From Candidatus Nealsonbacteria bacterium (lineage in GTDB: Bacteria > Patescibacteriota > Minisyncoccia > Minisyncoccales > MHMH01), in NCBI GenBank assembly GCA_016181965.1, contig JACOYH010000003.1, forward strand, positions 129,013 through 193,012: a stretch of 64,000 bases of DNA. The letters run 5' to 3'. Every line of letters begins with the position of its first letter. Position 1 is the stretch's first letter. The translations under genes and the position numbers were made by a program. Positions 45,159 through 55,301 of the stretch are shown one piece after another. The notes under the pieces are model-generated. The model was given only the letters and a program-made list of their open reading frames with translations. It was not told where the DNA came from and searched no databases.

Positions 45159-46031
45159 ATGATTAATAAAGCGATTATTCTCACCGCCGGAGTCGGAACC
45201 AGATTCCTTCCGCTCTCTAAAGCCGTTTCCAAAGAACTTATGCCATTAGTTGATAAGCCGGTTATTCAGTACCTCTTGGAAGAGGCGATGGAGGCGGGCG
45301 TGACAGAGGCAATCTTCGTGGTTTCTCCCGGCAAAAAAAAGGAAATAGAGGGCTATTTCAAGAAGTCGCCGAAATTAGAGAAGCTTCTTAAAGAAAGAAA
45401 GCAGGACGGACTATTAGAGCGCGTTCAGCGCATCGAAGAAATTTCACAGAAAATTAATTTTGTCTTTGTTACCCAAAAACTGCCGCTTGGCGATGGCCAT
45501 GCCATACTTCAGGCGCGAAAATTTATTCAGGAGCCATGCGCTATTTTTACCAACGATGACATTATTGACTCGCCCACGCCTTGTCTTTCACAAATGATTC
45601 AGGTTTTTAAAACAAGCCAAAAGCCGTTGCTTGCCCTAAACCGCCTGTCAGAAGATAAACTCCCTCACTATGGAACTGTTGATGTTGAAAAAATCGCCTC
45701 AAGGGTCTACAAAATTAAAAAAATTGTAGAAAAGCCAAAGGCCGGCGAAGCCCCCTCCGACCTCGCTATCGTCGGCCGATATATTATTACGCCGGAGGTC
45801 TTTGAATATCTAAAAAAAGTTGAGCCAAACCAAAAAAACGAGATTATTTTGGCCGATGCTCTTTCGGCCATGATATTGGACGGAAAGATGGTTTACGGCC
45901 ACGAAATTGAAGGCCGCTGGCTGGAGTGCGGCGACATATTGCGCTGGCTGCAATCGACATTTTATTTTTCGCTTAAACACCCCGAATATGGAAATGTCCT
46001 TCGAAAATATTTAAAGGAGATTATTAAGTAA
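45159..46031 (+). CDS. galU: UTP--glucose-1-phosphate uridylyltransferase
   Basis: KAIILTAGVGTRFLPLSKAVSKELMPLVDKPVIQY. Confidence 0.9.
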   Translation: MINKAIILTAGVGTRFLPLSKAVSKELMPLVDKPVIQYLLEEAMEAGVTEAIFVVSPGKKKEIEGYFKKSPKLEKLLKERKQDGLLERVQRIEEISQKINFVFVTQKLPLGDGHAILQARKFIQEPCAIFTNDDIIDSPTPCLSQMIQVFKTSQKPLLALNRLSEDKLPHYGTVDVEKIASRVYKIKKIVEKPKAGEAPSDLAIVGRYIITPEVFEYLKKVEPNQKNEIILADALSAMILDGKMVYGHEIEGRWLECGDILRWLQSTFYFSLKHPEYGNVLRKYLKEIIK

Positions 46032-46038
46032 TTTTAAG

Positions 46039-46962
46039 ATGGCAAATAAAAAATACGACTTGATTATTATTGGCGGCGGACCGGCAGCGATTGCCGCCGG
46101 CATTTACGCTGCCCGGGCAAAAATAAATACTCTCATAATCGCCAAGACGTTTGGCGGCCAAATGACACGGAAAACCGTTAGTATTGAAAACTATCCCGGA
46201 TTTAAGTCCATTTCCGGCGCCGATTTAGTGAAAAAATTCGTCGAACATTTACAAGAATACAATGTTAAAATAGTCAGCGATTCGACGGGAGTTATAAAGA
46301 AAATCGGCAAAACATTCTCCGTAAAAACCGCTCACGAGGGATGGTTTGACGCGATGGCCGTTATCGTAGCGTCCGGAGCCGACCCGAGGCCGCTGGAAGT
46401 CCCGGGGGAGAAAGAGTTTATAGGCAGGGGGGTCTCTTACTGCACGGCTTGCGACGCTCCGATTTTCGCCGACAAAGCAGTGGCGGTCATTGGCGGAGGA
46501 AATTCTGGTTTTGAAGCCGCATTAGCCCTAACAAAATACGCGAAGAAAATTTATATTTTGGAATATGCCGCTGAAGTCAAAGCCGAAGAGAGCAATATTA
46601 ACTTGGCGCAAAAATCAAAAAAAATAAAAATCATGACATCGGTTGAGGTTAAGAAAATCTTGGGCGATAAATTTGTGTCTTCGGTTGAATATCAAAACCG
46701 CAGAACAGGCCAAGCGGCTGCGCTTGATGTTCAAGGCGTTTTTGTGGAAATCGGCAGCATTCCCGCTACCGGTTTTGTCAAGGATTTGGTGGATTTTAAC
46801 GAAAGAGACGAAATCATAATTGATTCGCGAACTTGCGCAACCAAAACCGCGGGTCTTTTTGCCGCCGGCGACGTAACCGACGTGCAATACAAACAAATTG
46901 GTATCGCGGCCGGGGAGGGGGTGAAGGCCCTGTTTTCCGTAGCTAATTATCTGAGAAAATAA
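46039..46962 (+). CDS. trxB: thioredoxin-disulfide reductase
   Basis: YDLIIIGGGPAAIAAGIYAAR, redox CTACDA, AVIGGGNSGFEAA, GLFAAGDV. Confidence 0.9.
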   Translation: MANKKYDLIIIGGGPAAIAAGIYAARAKINTLIIAKTFGGQMTRKTVSIENYPGFKSISGADLVKKFVEHLQEYNVKIVSDSTGVIKKIGKTFSVKTAHEGWFDAMAVIVASGADPRPLEVPGEKEFIGRGVSYCTACDAPIFADKAVAVIGGGNSGFEAALALTKYAKKIYILEYAAEVKAEESNINLAQKSKKIKIMTSVEVKKILGDKFVSSVEYQNRRTGQAAALDVQGVFVEIGSIPATGFVKDLVDFNERDEIIIDSRTCATKTAGLFAAGDVTDVQYKQIGIAAGEGVKALFSVANYLRK

Positions 46963-46965
46963 AAC

Positions 46966-48159
46966 ATGACACTGGTTAAAATCAGATCGATAAGGGCCAG
47001 AGAAATCCTTGATTCACGGGCTAATTTTACTTTGGAGGTAGAAGTAACAACCGACTCTGGCAGATATTCTGCCGGCGTTCCTTCGGGCGCTTCAAGGGGC
47101 AGGTATGAAGCAGTGGTTTTGGACGCAGATGCGGCCGCAGCAAATGTTAATAAACGCATTGCTTCGGAATTAAAGGGCAAAAATCCCGCGAATCAAGCAG
47201 AAATTGACCACCTGCTGATTGATTTAGATGGGAGCCGCGATAAATCAAACTTGGGGGCCAATGCCATAACCGGGGTTTCTATGGCAATCTGCCGGGCCGG
47301 CGCTGCTTCTCAAAAACTCCCGCTCTATCAATATATCGAGAAATTTTCCCGACTCCCGATGTCTGGAAAATTGCCGAGGCCTGTTTTTAATATGATTAAT
47401 GGCGGAGTCCATGCCACAAACGTTCTCGATTTTCAAGAGTTTATGGTGGCGCCTCAAGCCAACAGCGTTAAGAAGTCGCTTCAAATCGCTTCCGACATCT
47501 ACCAAAAATTGCGCAAAAAATTAGGAAAAAACGTAGGCGATGAGGGCGGCTTTGCTCCGCCGATTCATTTTCCGGAAGAGGCAATTGAGTTGATTCTAAC
47601 AGCGGCCAAAGATCTCGGCCTGCAGAAAAGCATAAAAATTGCGGTAGATGCGGCTGCCTCCCAATTTTATCGGGAAGGAAAGTATAAAACAGGCATGGGT
47701 GTCTTTACGCGCGAAGGACTTTTGAATTATTACGCCGAACTTATAAAAAAATACCCCATTATTTTCTTGGAAGACCCTTTTCACGAAGAGGACTGGCCGG
47801 GTTTTACGAGCATCACAAAGCAATTCGGAAAGAAAATTTCTATTATAGGCGACGATTTGCTGGTCACCAGCCCCAGAAGAGTCAAAGAGGCAAAAGAAAA
47901 AGATGCTTGCAATGGGCTTATTTTGAAAGTCAATCAAATAGGCACTGTCAGCGAAACGGTGGAAGCGGCCGGTTTAGCTCAATCGATGGGCTGGAAAATA
48001 ATTGTTTCGCACAGATCGGGTGAGACCAACGATGATTTTATTGCGGATTTGGCGGTTGGCTTGGGGGCTGATTTCTTAAAGGCAGGCGCCCCGGCTCGCG
48101 GAGAGAGAGTGGCAAAATATAACCGCCTGTTAAAAATAGAGGAGGAATTTAATTATTGA
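46966..48159 (+). CDS. eno: enolase (short form, 397 aa)
   Basis: AREILDSRANFTLEVEV, VPSGASRG, VSHRSGETNDDFIADLAVG. Confidence 0.95.
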   Translation: MTLVKIRSIRAREILDSRANFTLEVEVTTDSGRYSAGVPSGASRGRYEAVVLDADAAAANVNKRIASELKGKNPANQAEIDHLLIDLDGSRDKSNLGANAITGVSMAICRAGAASQKLPLYQYIEKFSRLPMSGKLPRPVFNMINGGVHATNVLDFQEFMVAPQANSVKKSLQIASDIYQKLRKKLGKNVGDEGGFAPPIHFPEEAIELILTAAKDLGLQKSIKIAVDAAASQFYREGKYKTGMGVFTREGLLNYYAELIKKYPIIFLEDPFHEEDWPGFTSITKQFGKKISIIGDDLLVTSPRRVKEAKEKDACNGLILKVNQIGTVSETVEAAGLAQSMGWKIIVSHRSGETNDDFIADLAVGLGADFLKAGAPARGERVAKYNRLLKIEEEFNY

Positions 48160-48821
48160 TTATGGGGAAACTAATTTTATTAAGGCATTTTAAATCGCAG
48201 TGGAATTTGGAAAATCGTTTTACGGGCTGGACCGATGTGCCGCTTGCCAAGGAAGATGCTGGCAAAATCAGCGAAATTTCCGCGTTTTTATCCAGCGCGA
48301 AAATTGATATCGTTTATACCTCGCCGCTCGTCAGAAATATGGCAAGTTGTTTATTGGCTCTTGAGAAAACGAATAAATACCCGATTTTCAGGCACTTCGG
48401 AGGCAAGATGAAAGAATGGGGTAATTTTGAGGAGCTGGCATCAGCTTATCTGCCGGTTTTCGTAAGCGAAGCATTAAATGAAAGATACTATGGCAAGCTG
48501 CAGGGGCTAGACAAAGAAGAAACAATGAATAAATACGGCGCGGAGCAAGTTCGTCTTTGGCGAAGAAGTTATGATGTAGCTCCTCCCGGCGGAGAAAGTT
48601 TAAAAGATGTTTATAAACGAACCATTCCCTTCTACCAAAAAAATACAGAAAATGCCCTGAAAGACGGTAAGAATATTTTAATAGTTGCCAGCCATAATTC
48701 TTTGAGGGCGATCATAAAATACATCGAGAGGATAGCTGACAATGATATCATCAATACAGAAGTGCCTTACGCAGGTCTTCTGGGGTATGAATTCCGGGAC
48801 GGAGTTTACAAAAAATTATAA
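48156..48821 (+). CDS. gpmA: 2,3-bisphosphoglycerate-dependent phosphoglycerate mutase family protein
   Basis: LILLRHFKSQWNLENRFTGWTDVPL (RH...WN motif), SHNSLRA. Start is TTG 48156 or ATG 48162. Confidence 0.8.
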   Translation: MIMGKLILLRHFKSQWNLENRFTGWTDVPLAKEDAGKISEISAFLSSAKIDIVYTSPLVRNMASCLLALEKTNKYPIFRHFGGKMKEWGNFEELASAYLPVFVSEALNERYYGKLQGLDKEETMNKYGAEQVRLWRRSYDVAPPGGESLKDVYKRTIPFYQKNTENALKDGKNILIVASHNSLRAIIKYIERIADNDIINTEVPYAGLLGYEFRDGVYKKL

Positions 48822-48827
48822 ATTAAC

Positions 48828-48833
48828 TAATAT
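48828..48833 (+). promoter_or_regulatory. -10 TAATAT, 6 nt upstream of ATG 48840
   Basis: TAATAT, aatcct, then ATG within an 18-nt intergenic gap. Could equally be read-through from gpmA. Confidence 0.25.
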
Positions 48834-48839
48834 AATCCT

Positions 48840-49187
48840 ATGGACAATATTAAAATAAATAACATGATTAATAGCGCCAAAAATTATAAGACCGTCATTA
48901 TCGCGGTTGTTATTTTGGCTGTAGTCGGAGTTGCGGCTTATTTTGAATCCGGCCTTTTTATTCGCCCGAATCTCACCAAGGCGCAGGCAGCGGATATAGC
49001 AATCAAATTCATTGATCAAAGCATTGATGAAAACGCGACTGCTTCTCTCATAGAAGCAACCGACGAAGGCCAGGTCTACGGACTTCATATCGAGATCGAA
49101 GGCACAGAATACCAGTCATACATTACCAAAGACGGGAAATTCCTTTTTCCCAATGGTTTTAATTTAAAGACAGAGCCGGGAAATTAA
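48840..49187 (+). CDS. hypothetical membrane-anchored protein
   Basis: 115 aa. One TM (TVIIAVVILAVVGVAAY). No motif recognised. Confidence 0.5.
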   Translation: MDNIKINNMINSAKNYKTVIIAVVILAVVGVAAYFESGLFIRPNLTKAQAADIAIKFIDQSIDENATASLIEATDEGQVYGLHIEIEGTEYQSYITKDGKFLFPNGFNLKTEPGN

Positions 49188-49209
49188 AATTAATTATCCA
49201 TAAAAAAAT

Positions 49210-49449
49210 ATGCCAAAAGTCAAAGTATTTTCGACGCCAACTTGTCCTTACTGCGTAACTCTCAAAGAATTTTTGAAAAAGAATAATATTGAGTTTGAAG
49301 ATGTGAATGTGGCCGAAGATGCCGCCGCTCGCGAAGAGATGATTGAAAAGAGCCAGCAAATGGGCGTGCCAGTGGTTGAAATAGACGGCCAAATAGTCAT
49401 AGGTTTTGATAAAGAAAAAATATCTCAACTATTGGGAATTAAAAAATAA
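49210..49449 (+). CDS. glutaredoxin-like protein (CPYC)
   Basis: 79 aa. VKVFSTPTCPYCVTLKEFL...GVPVVEIDGQIVIGFD. Confidence 0.85.
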   Translation: MPKVKVFSTPTCPYCVTLKEFLKKNNIEFEDVNVAEDAAAREEMIEKSQQMGVPVVEIDGQIVIGFDKEKISQLLGIKK

Positions 49450-49456
49450 AATTATT

Positions 49457-50476
49457 ATGAGAATTGCCATCAATGGCTTTGGCCGTATCGGCCGCACTTT
49501 TTTCAGGCAGGCATTTGGCCGCAAAGATGCGGAAATTATCGCTGTTAATGACCTGACCGATGCAGAAAATTTAGCTTATCTTTTAAAATACGATACAGTT
49601 TACGGCAGATACGCCAAAGATGTAACAGTGAAGCGAGAACAAGGAAGAAGCTATCTGGTTGTCGAAGGTAAAAAAATTCTAAGTTTATCCGAAAAAAATC
49701 CGGCAAATCTGCCGTGGAAAGAGTTAAATATTGATGTCGTAGTTGAGTCCACAGGCGTTTTTGATTCAAAAGAAGGGTCCGAGCAACACTTGAAAGCGGG
49801 GGCACAAAGAGTGGTGATTTCAGCGCCCGCCAAGGGCGAAGTTGAGCACGCCGTGTGCGGCGCAAATGATGACAGGTTGTCTTCGCCGTCTTTGGCGCCC
49901 ATCACCTCTAACACTTCGTGCACAACTAATGCCGTTATTCCGGTAGCCGCAGTTTTAATGGAGAATCCCGGAGTGGAGAAGGCGATACTCAATACTGTTC
50001 ATGGATACACTGCCAGTCAGGCATTGGTAGACGCGCCCGACAAGAAGGATTTTAGAAGGGGGCGCGCCGCCGCGCAAAATATTATTCCATCCAGCACGGG
50101 GGCTGCCAAAGCCACGGCAAAATCATTGCCCGCATACAAGGGGATATTTGACGGTATCGCCATTAGGGTGCCAGTTGCCGCCGGCTCAATTATTGACTTT
50201 ACTTTTATTTCTAAAAAAAATACCTCGGTTGACGAAATCAATGCAATTTTAAAAGAAGCCGCCACGCAAGATAAATGGAAGAACGTTCTGAAGGCAACCG
50301 AGCAGCCATTGGTTTCTTCCGATATCATCGGCGAACCGTATAGCTCTATTGTTGACCTTTCGTCCACAAGGGTAGTTGATGGTAATCTGGTCAAGGTCTT
50401 ATCGTGGTATGACAACGAATGGGGTTATTCCCACACCTTATTAATGCACGTCCTCCAAGTAGGAAAACTGAAATAA
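49457..50476 (+). CDS. gap: glyceraldehyde-3-phosphate dehydrogenase (type I)
   Basis: ORF 49406..50476, ATG at 49457 (MRIAINGFGRIGR). SNTSCTTNA catalytic Cys. WYDNEWGYS. Confidence 0.95.
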   Translation: MRIAINGFGRIGRTFFRQAFGRKDAEIIAVNDLTDAENLAYLLKYDTVYGRYAKDVTVKREQGRSYLVVEGKKILSLSEKNPANLPWKELNIDVVVESTGVFDSKEGSEQHLKAGAQRVVISAPAKGEVEHAVCGANDDRLSSPSLAPITSNTSCTTNAVIPVAAVLMENPGVEKAILNTVHGYTASQALVDAPDKKDFRRGRAAAQNIIPSSTGAAKATAKSLPAYKGIFDGIAIRVPVAAGSIIDFTFISKKNTSVDEINAILKEAATQDKWKNVLKATEQPLVSSDIIGEPYSSIVDLSSTRVVDGNLVKVLSWYDNEWGYSHTLLMHVLQVGKLK

Positions 50477-51114
50477 TGGAAAGTTTGGGCTTTGAAGAAA
50501 CAAGAGATTTACTTGAGCGATATAAGATTCCCCTATGTCCCACGAAGCTTGCTGCCTACAAAAATGAGGCAGCGGCTTTTGCAAAATCGGTCGGATATCC
50601 GGCTGTTTTAAAAGTTTTTTCACGGGGAGTTATCCACAAAACCGATTTAGGACTAGTAAAAACAGACCTTAAGAACGAAGTTGATTTAAAAAATACCTGG
50701 GACGAGATTATAAAGAAGACGAGAGGAATCAAAACGGAAGGAATCCTGGTTCAGAAACAAATTTCGGGAGTTGAGACGGTCATTGGCATGAAAAGGGACG
50801 CCCAATTTGGTCCGGTTATAATGTTTGGCCTCGGGGGCATTTTGGTTGAGATTATAAAGGATGTTTCCTTTAGAATTGCGCCGCTTGAGAGAGCCGATGC
50901 CATGACCATGATGCAAGAAGTGAGGGGATATAAATTACTTAAAGGATTTCGTTCAACAAAACCGGTCGATATCAAAAAATTGGCATCGATGATTATTGCG
51001 CTTTCCCGCCTTTCGCTGGAAAACAATGAAATTGCAGAGATTGACTTAAATCCGGTCATTGCCAACGAGAAAGGAGCTTGGGTTGTTGACCCGCGTTTTT
51101 TGAAATCACCATAA
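50476..51114 (+). CDS. ADP-forming acetyl-CoA synthetase, beta (ATP-grasp) subunit
   Basis: ORF 50419..51114, ATG at 50476 (TAATG overlap with gap). ATP-grasp pattern YPAVLKV...VQKQISGVETVIGMKRDAQFGPVIMFGLGG. Confidence 0.8.
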   Translation: MESLGFEETRDLLERYKIPLCPTKLAAYKNEAAAFAKSVGYPAVLKVFSRGVIHKTDLGLVKTDLKNEVDLKNTWDEIIKKTRGIKTEGILVQKQISGVETVIGMKRDAQFGPVIMFGLGGILVEIIKDVSFRIAPLERADAMTMMQEVRGYKLLKGFRSTKPVDIKKLASMIIALSRLSLENNEIAEIDLNPVIANEKGAWVVDPRFLKSP

Positions 51115-52494
51115 ATGAAAACCACAAGCGCAAAATTAAATAGGATTTTCAATCCCAAGACAGTGGCCGTTATTGGCGCTAAACCGGAAGAAAAAAGCGT
51201 GGGTTGGGGTTTGATAAAAAATCTCTTGGCCGGAAAATCCGAAAGAAAAATTTTCGCCGTGAATCCAAACTATACGGAGGTTTTGGGGGTAAAATGCGTA
51301 TCTTCTATAAATTTCATTCAAGATGATATTGATTTGGCTATTATTGCGGTGCCGGCAAAAATAGTTCCGAACGTTATTAAAGAATGCTGCGAAAAAAAGG
51401 TAGGCGGAATAATCGTAATTTCTTCGGGGTTCGGCGAAAGCGGTAAAACGGGCCGAATCCTGGAAAAAGAAATAGTTAAATTGACCGAGGCCGCCGATAT
51501 TCCTTTGATAGGGCCAAACTGTCTTGGAATTATCAGGCCGGCTAATCATTTGAATGCTACTTTTGCTCCGGCCATGCCAAAAAACGGTGAAATAGCTTTT
51601 CTTTCTCAATCTGGCGCATTAATCGACTCTGTGATAGATGAGAATTTAAAAGAGAATTACGGATTTTCTGCATTAATTTCTTACGGCAATGAGGCGGGCG
51701 TTACCCTTGCAGATTTTCTTAAATGGGCGGCAAATGACGAACAAACTAAAGTTATTGCCCTTTATCTTGAGGGCGTAAAAGATGGACGGGAAATCATCAA
51801 TGTTTTTAAAGAGGTCTCGGCGAAAAAACCTATTATAGTTGTTAAAGCGGGCAGAACTAAAGCAGGCAGGGAAGCGGTTGCTAGCCACACCGGATCTTTA
51901 GCGGGTGATTATCGGGTCTACCAAGCTCTTTTCGGGCAAACTGGCGTTATTGAAACCGATACTATTAGGGAACTCTTCGGTTTGGCTAAGGCCTTGTCTT
52001 GGCAGCCAAAATGCAAAAACGGTATCGGTATTATTACCAATGGCGGCAGTTGCGGCGTTTTATTGGCGGATTATTGCCAAGCGTTAGGCGTAAAATTGAC
52101 GCCATTGAGCAAAAAGACCCTCGATAAATTGGCAGTTCCCGGAGTGATGCATCCCGCCTATTCCAAAAGAAATCCATTAGACGTTGTGGGCGACGCTCTT
52201 TCGGATAAGTACAAGGCAGCCGCTGATACTTTGTTGGAACAACCGGATATTCACGGTTTAATTGTTGTTCAGACCTTGCAGATTATGACTGATCCGGAAA
52301 AAAATGCTAAAATTATTATAGAGGCAAAAAATCGATTTAAAGAAAAACCGATTGTTGCGGCTTTTCTAGGAGGCGCCGTTACCGAACCCGGGGCAAAGCT
52401 GTTGGAAGAAAATCACATTCCCAATTATAGCGACTTAAAGGGAGCCGCTTCGGCTATGAACGCATTAATAAAGAAAAATTCATTGAAGCCATGA
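51115..52494 (+). CDS. ADP-forming acetyl-CoA synthetase, alpha (CoA-binding/ligase-CoA) subunit
   Basis: FNPKTVAVIGA, VPAKIVPNVIKEC, IGPNCLGI, FLSQSGAL, SHTGSLAG. Confidence 0.85.
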   Translation: MKTTSAKLNRIFNPKTVAVIGAKPEEKSVGWGLIKNLLAGKSERKIFAVNPNYTEVLGVKCVSSINFIQDDIDLAIIAVPAKIVPNVIKECCEKKVGGIIVISSGFGESGKTGRILEKEIVKLTEAADIPLIGPNCLGIIRPANHLNATFAPAMPKNGEIAFLSQSGALIDSVIDENLKENYGFSALISYGNEAGVTLADFLKWAANDEQTKVIALYLEGVKDGREIINVFKEVSAKKPIIVVKAGRTKAGREAVASHTGSLAGDYRVYQALFGQTGVIETDTIRELFGLAKALSWQPKCKNGIGIITNGGSCGVLLADYCQALGVKLTPLSKKTLDKLAVPGVMHPAYSKRNPLDVVGDALSDKYKAAADTLLEQPDIHGLIVVQTLQIMTDPEKNAKIIIEAKNRFKEKPIVAAFLGGAVTEPGAKLLEENHIPNYSDLKGAASAMNALIKKNSLKP

Positions 52495-52919
52495 GTCAGC
52501 GAGCCTTTACGCTTATAGAATTATTGGTCGTTGTTGCTATAATCGGTTTAATGGCAACCATTGTGACCCTCAATATGTGGGGCCAGAGGCCAAAGGCGCA
52601 TGACGCTAATATCAAGTCGTATATGCATCAAGTCAGAAATGCGGCGGAATTTAGTTATATTCAAAACAGCGAATCCTATGCAGGTGTTTGCGACGAAACT
52701 GATAATACATTAAGCAATGCCGGTGATTTTCAGCTTCTGGAAAACGCTATCAAAACCGAAAACGGCAATCAGCCGGTTAAGTGTTATGAGAGCGACAATA
52801 GGCGGGACTACGCTGTTTCTTCTCCGCTTGTAAGCAGTACCGGCAAACATTGGTGCTTAGAAACAGCAGGAGCCACCACAGAGATCGATGCGGCTATAAC
52901 TGCGGCAAGCTGTCAATAA
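52491..52919 (+). CDS. type IV pilin-like protein (prepilin N-terminal methylation motif)
   Basis: MSQRAFTLIELLVVVAIIGLMA. 4 Cys in the globular part. ATGA overlap with the preceding gene. Confidence 0.8.
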   Translation: MSQRAFTLIELLVVVAIIGLMATIVTLNMWGQRPKAHDANIKSYMHQVRNAAEFSYIQNSESYAGVCDETDNTLSNAGDFQLLENAIKTENGNQPVKCYESDNRRDYAVSSPLVSSTGKHWCLETAGATTEIDAAITAASCQ

Positions 52920-52938
52920 AATAAACATATATATTGAT

Positions 52939-55299
52939 ATGAAAAAAGGTAACATTTTCTGGTTCAGGGATCTTTCTTCGGGCGACGTGCCGTTGGTGGG
53001 AGGAAAGAACGCTTCATTGGGAGAAATGCACCAGCGTCTCGCGGCAAAAGGAGTCAATCTGCCGGATGGTTTTGTTTTGACAGCCGACGCCTATTGGCAC
53101 TATTTGTCGGAAAATAAAATAGATGAGAAACTAAAGGAATTATTTAAAAAACTTGAGGCCTCAAATTTAGCGAGCTTAAAAAAAACCGGTGCGGCAGCTC
53201 GCCGTCTCATAATGGAAGGGAGCATGCCAAGCGATTTGGAGGACGGCATTATCCGGAATTATCAAGAGCTTTCTCGAGAATACAAGATGAAAAACGCTGA
53301 TGTGGCGGTTCGGTCTTCTGCTACCGCCGAAGACCTGCCATCGGCCTCTTTTGCCGGACAGCATGAGACATATTTGAATGTTGTTGGAGTAGAAGAGTTG
53401 CTTGAAGCGGTGAAGAAATGCATGGCCTCGCTTTTTACGGACCGAGCCATTGCTTATCGGGAAGAAAAGGGCTTTGAGCATTTAAAAATCGCGCTTTCGG
53501 TTGGGATTCAAAAAATGGTTCGCTCCGATTTGGCATCAGCCGGCGTCATATTTACATTAGATACCGAGACGGGCTTTGATAAGGTGGTTTTAGTTAATTC
53601 CATTTGGGGTGTTGGCGAAATGATTGTTAAGGGAAAAATTACACCCGACGAATTTTTTGTTTTCAAACCAACCCTAAAACAGGGCTTTAAGCCAATCATT
53701 GTAAAGAATCTGGGGAGGAAAAATAAAAAATATATTTATGGCGACGGAGGCCTTAAAGAAGAAGCGGTCTCATTAAGCCAGCAGCTGAAATTTTCCCTAA
53801 CAGATGAAGATGTGTTAAAGCTGGCAGAGTGGGCTTGCCTGATTGAAGACCACTATAAGCTCGCTCAAGATATTGAGTGGGCTAAAGACGGAAAAACCGG
53901 CCAGCTTTTTATTGTGCAATCCCGACCAGAGACCGTCTTTACCCCAAAGACAGTTAAAACATACGAAGAATACCAAATCAAAACACAGAAGAAGCCGCTC
54001 CTTTTTGGCATTGCTATCGGCAACAAGATAGGAACGGGCAGGGTTAGGATCATTTCCAGTATTAAAAATGCGGGGTCTTTTCAAAAAGGAGAGGTTTTGG
54101 TAACCGCTATGACCGACCCCGACTGGGTGCCCATCATGCGGCTGGCTTCGGCTATTGTGACCAACGAAGGCGGAAAAACAGCTCATGCCGCTATTGTCAG
54201 CAGAGAACTGGGATTGCCTGCGATTGTGGGCACGGGCAAGGCCACGCAGGTTTTAAAAACCGGGCAAACAATAACCGTAGATTGCACGCAAGGTCTTAAG
54301 GGAAGAATATATGAGGGGAGGATTCCTTTTGAAATTAAAAAGTATAACTTCGACAAAATTGCTAAGACGCGAAGCAAGCTTATGGTGAATATCGGAGCCC
54401 CGGAAATCGCCTTCAAAACATCATTTCTTCCAGTCGAAGGCGTTGGTTTGGCCAGGGAAGAATTCATTATCGCCGAAAAAATACGAGTTCATCCTTTGGC
54501 GCTTTATCACTTTGAAAAATTAAAAGACAAAAAACTAAAGAAGAAAATTGAAGAAATAACAGTAGAACATAAGGATAAAAAAGAGTTTTTTGTAAAAGAA
54601 CTGGCTGAAGGCGTAGCACAGATAGCCGCGGCTTTTTGGCCAAACGAAGTTATTGTAAGGTTTTCCGACTTCAAAACCAACGAATACAAGAATTTAGTCG
54701 GCGGCGAACTGTACGAGCAAGAAGAGTCGAATCCCATGCTCGGTTTCAGGGGCGCCTCGCGTTATTTGGACAAGGATTTTGAGCCGGCTTTTAATATGGA
54801 ATGTCAGGCGGTGAAAAGGGCTAGGGAGGTTTTTGGGCTGAAAAATATTTCTGTAATGGTGCCTTTTTGCAGAACCGTTGAAGAAGGAAGCAGGGTTGTC
54901 GAGTTAATCAAGAAATTCGGACTCGAAGACAAAAATCTCAAAATATACGTCATGGCCGAGATTCCCTCAAATATTATTTTGGCCGAGCAATTCCTCGAGG
55001 TCTTTGACGGCATGTCCATCGGTTCCAACGACCTGACGCAACTTATGCTTGGTATCGACAGAGATAATGCCAAGATTGCCGGCATCGGAGACGAAAGAAA
55101 TGAGGCGGTCAAACGCATGATAGCGGAAGTAATAAAAATATGCCGATTGAAAAATAAATATGTCGGCATATGCGGACAGGCCCCATCTGATTTTCCGGAA
55201 TTTGCCGAATTTCTCGAAGAACAGGGCATTAGTTCAATTTCGCTCAACCCCGATACGGTCATTAAAACGCTTTTACATCTTACAAAAGCTAAGACATAA
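52939..55299 (+). CDS. ppsA: phosphoenolpyruvate synthase (pyruvate, water dikinase)
   Basis: 786 aa. GGKNASLGEM, VAVRSSATAEDLPSASFAGQ, TNEGGKTAHAAIVSRELGLPAIVG, GSNDLTQL. Confidence 0.95.
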   Translation: MKKGNIFWFRDLSSGDVPLVGGKNASLGEMHQRLAAKGVNLPDGFVLTADAYWHYLSENKIDEKLKELFKKLEASNLASLKKTGAAARRLIMEGSMPSDLEDGIIRNYQELSREYKMKNADVAVRSSATAEDLPSASFAGQHETYLNVVGVEELLEAVKKCMASLFTDRAIAYREEKGFEHLKIALSVGIQKMVRSDLASAGVIFTLDTETGFDKVVLVNSIWGVGEMIVKGKITPDEFFVFKPTLKQGFKPIIVKNLGRKNKKYIYGDGGLKEEAVSLSQQLKFSLTDEDVLKLAEWACLIEDHYKLAQDIEWAKDGKTGQLFIVQSRPETVFTPKTVKTYEEYQIKTQKKPLLFGIAIGNKIGTGRVRIISSIKNAGSFQKGEVLVTAMTDPDWVPIMRLASAIVTNEGGKTAHAAIVSRELGLPAIVGTGKATQVLKTGQTITVDCTQGLKGRIYEGRIPFEIKKYNFDKIAKTRSKLMVNIGAPEIAFKTSFLPVEGVGLAREEFIIAEKIRVHPLALYHFEKLKDKKLKKKIEEITVEHKDKKEFFVKELAEGVAQIAAAFWPNEVIVRFSDFKTNEYKNLVGGELYEQEESNPMLGFRGASRYLDKDFEPAFNMECQAVKRAREVFGLKNISVMVPFCRTVEEGSRVVELIKKFGLEDKNLKIYVMAEIPSNIILAEQFLEVFDGMSIGSNDLTQLMLGIDRDNAKIAGIGDERNEAVKRMIAEVIKICRLKNKYVGICGQAPSDFPEFAEFLEEQGISSISLNPDTVIKTLLHLTKAKT

Positions 55300-55301
55300 C
55301 T

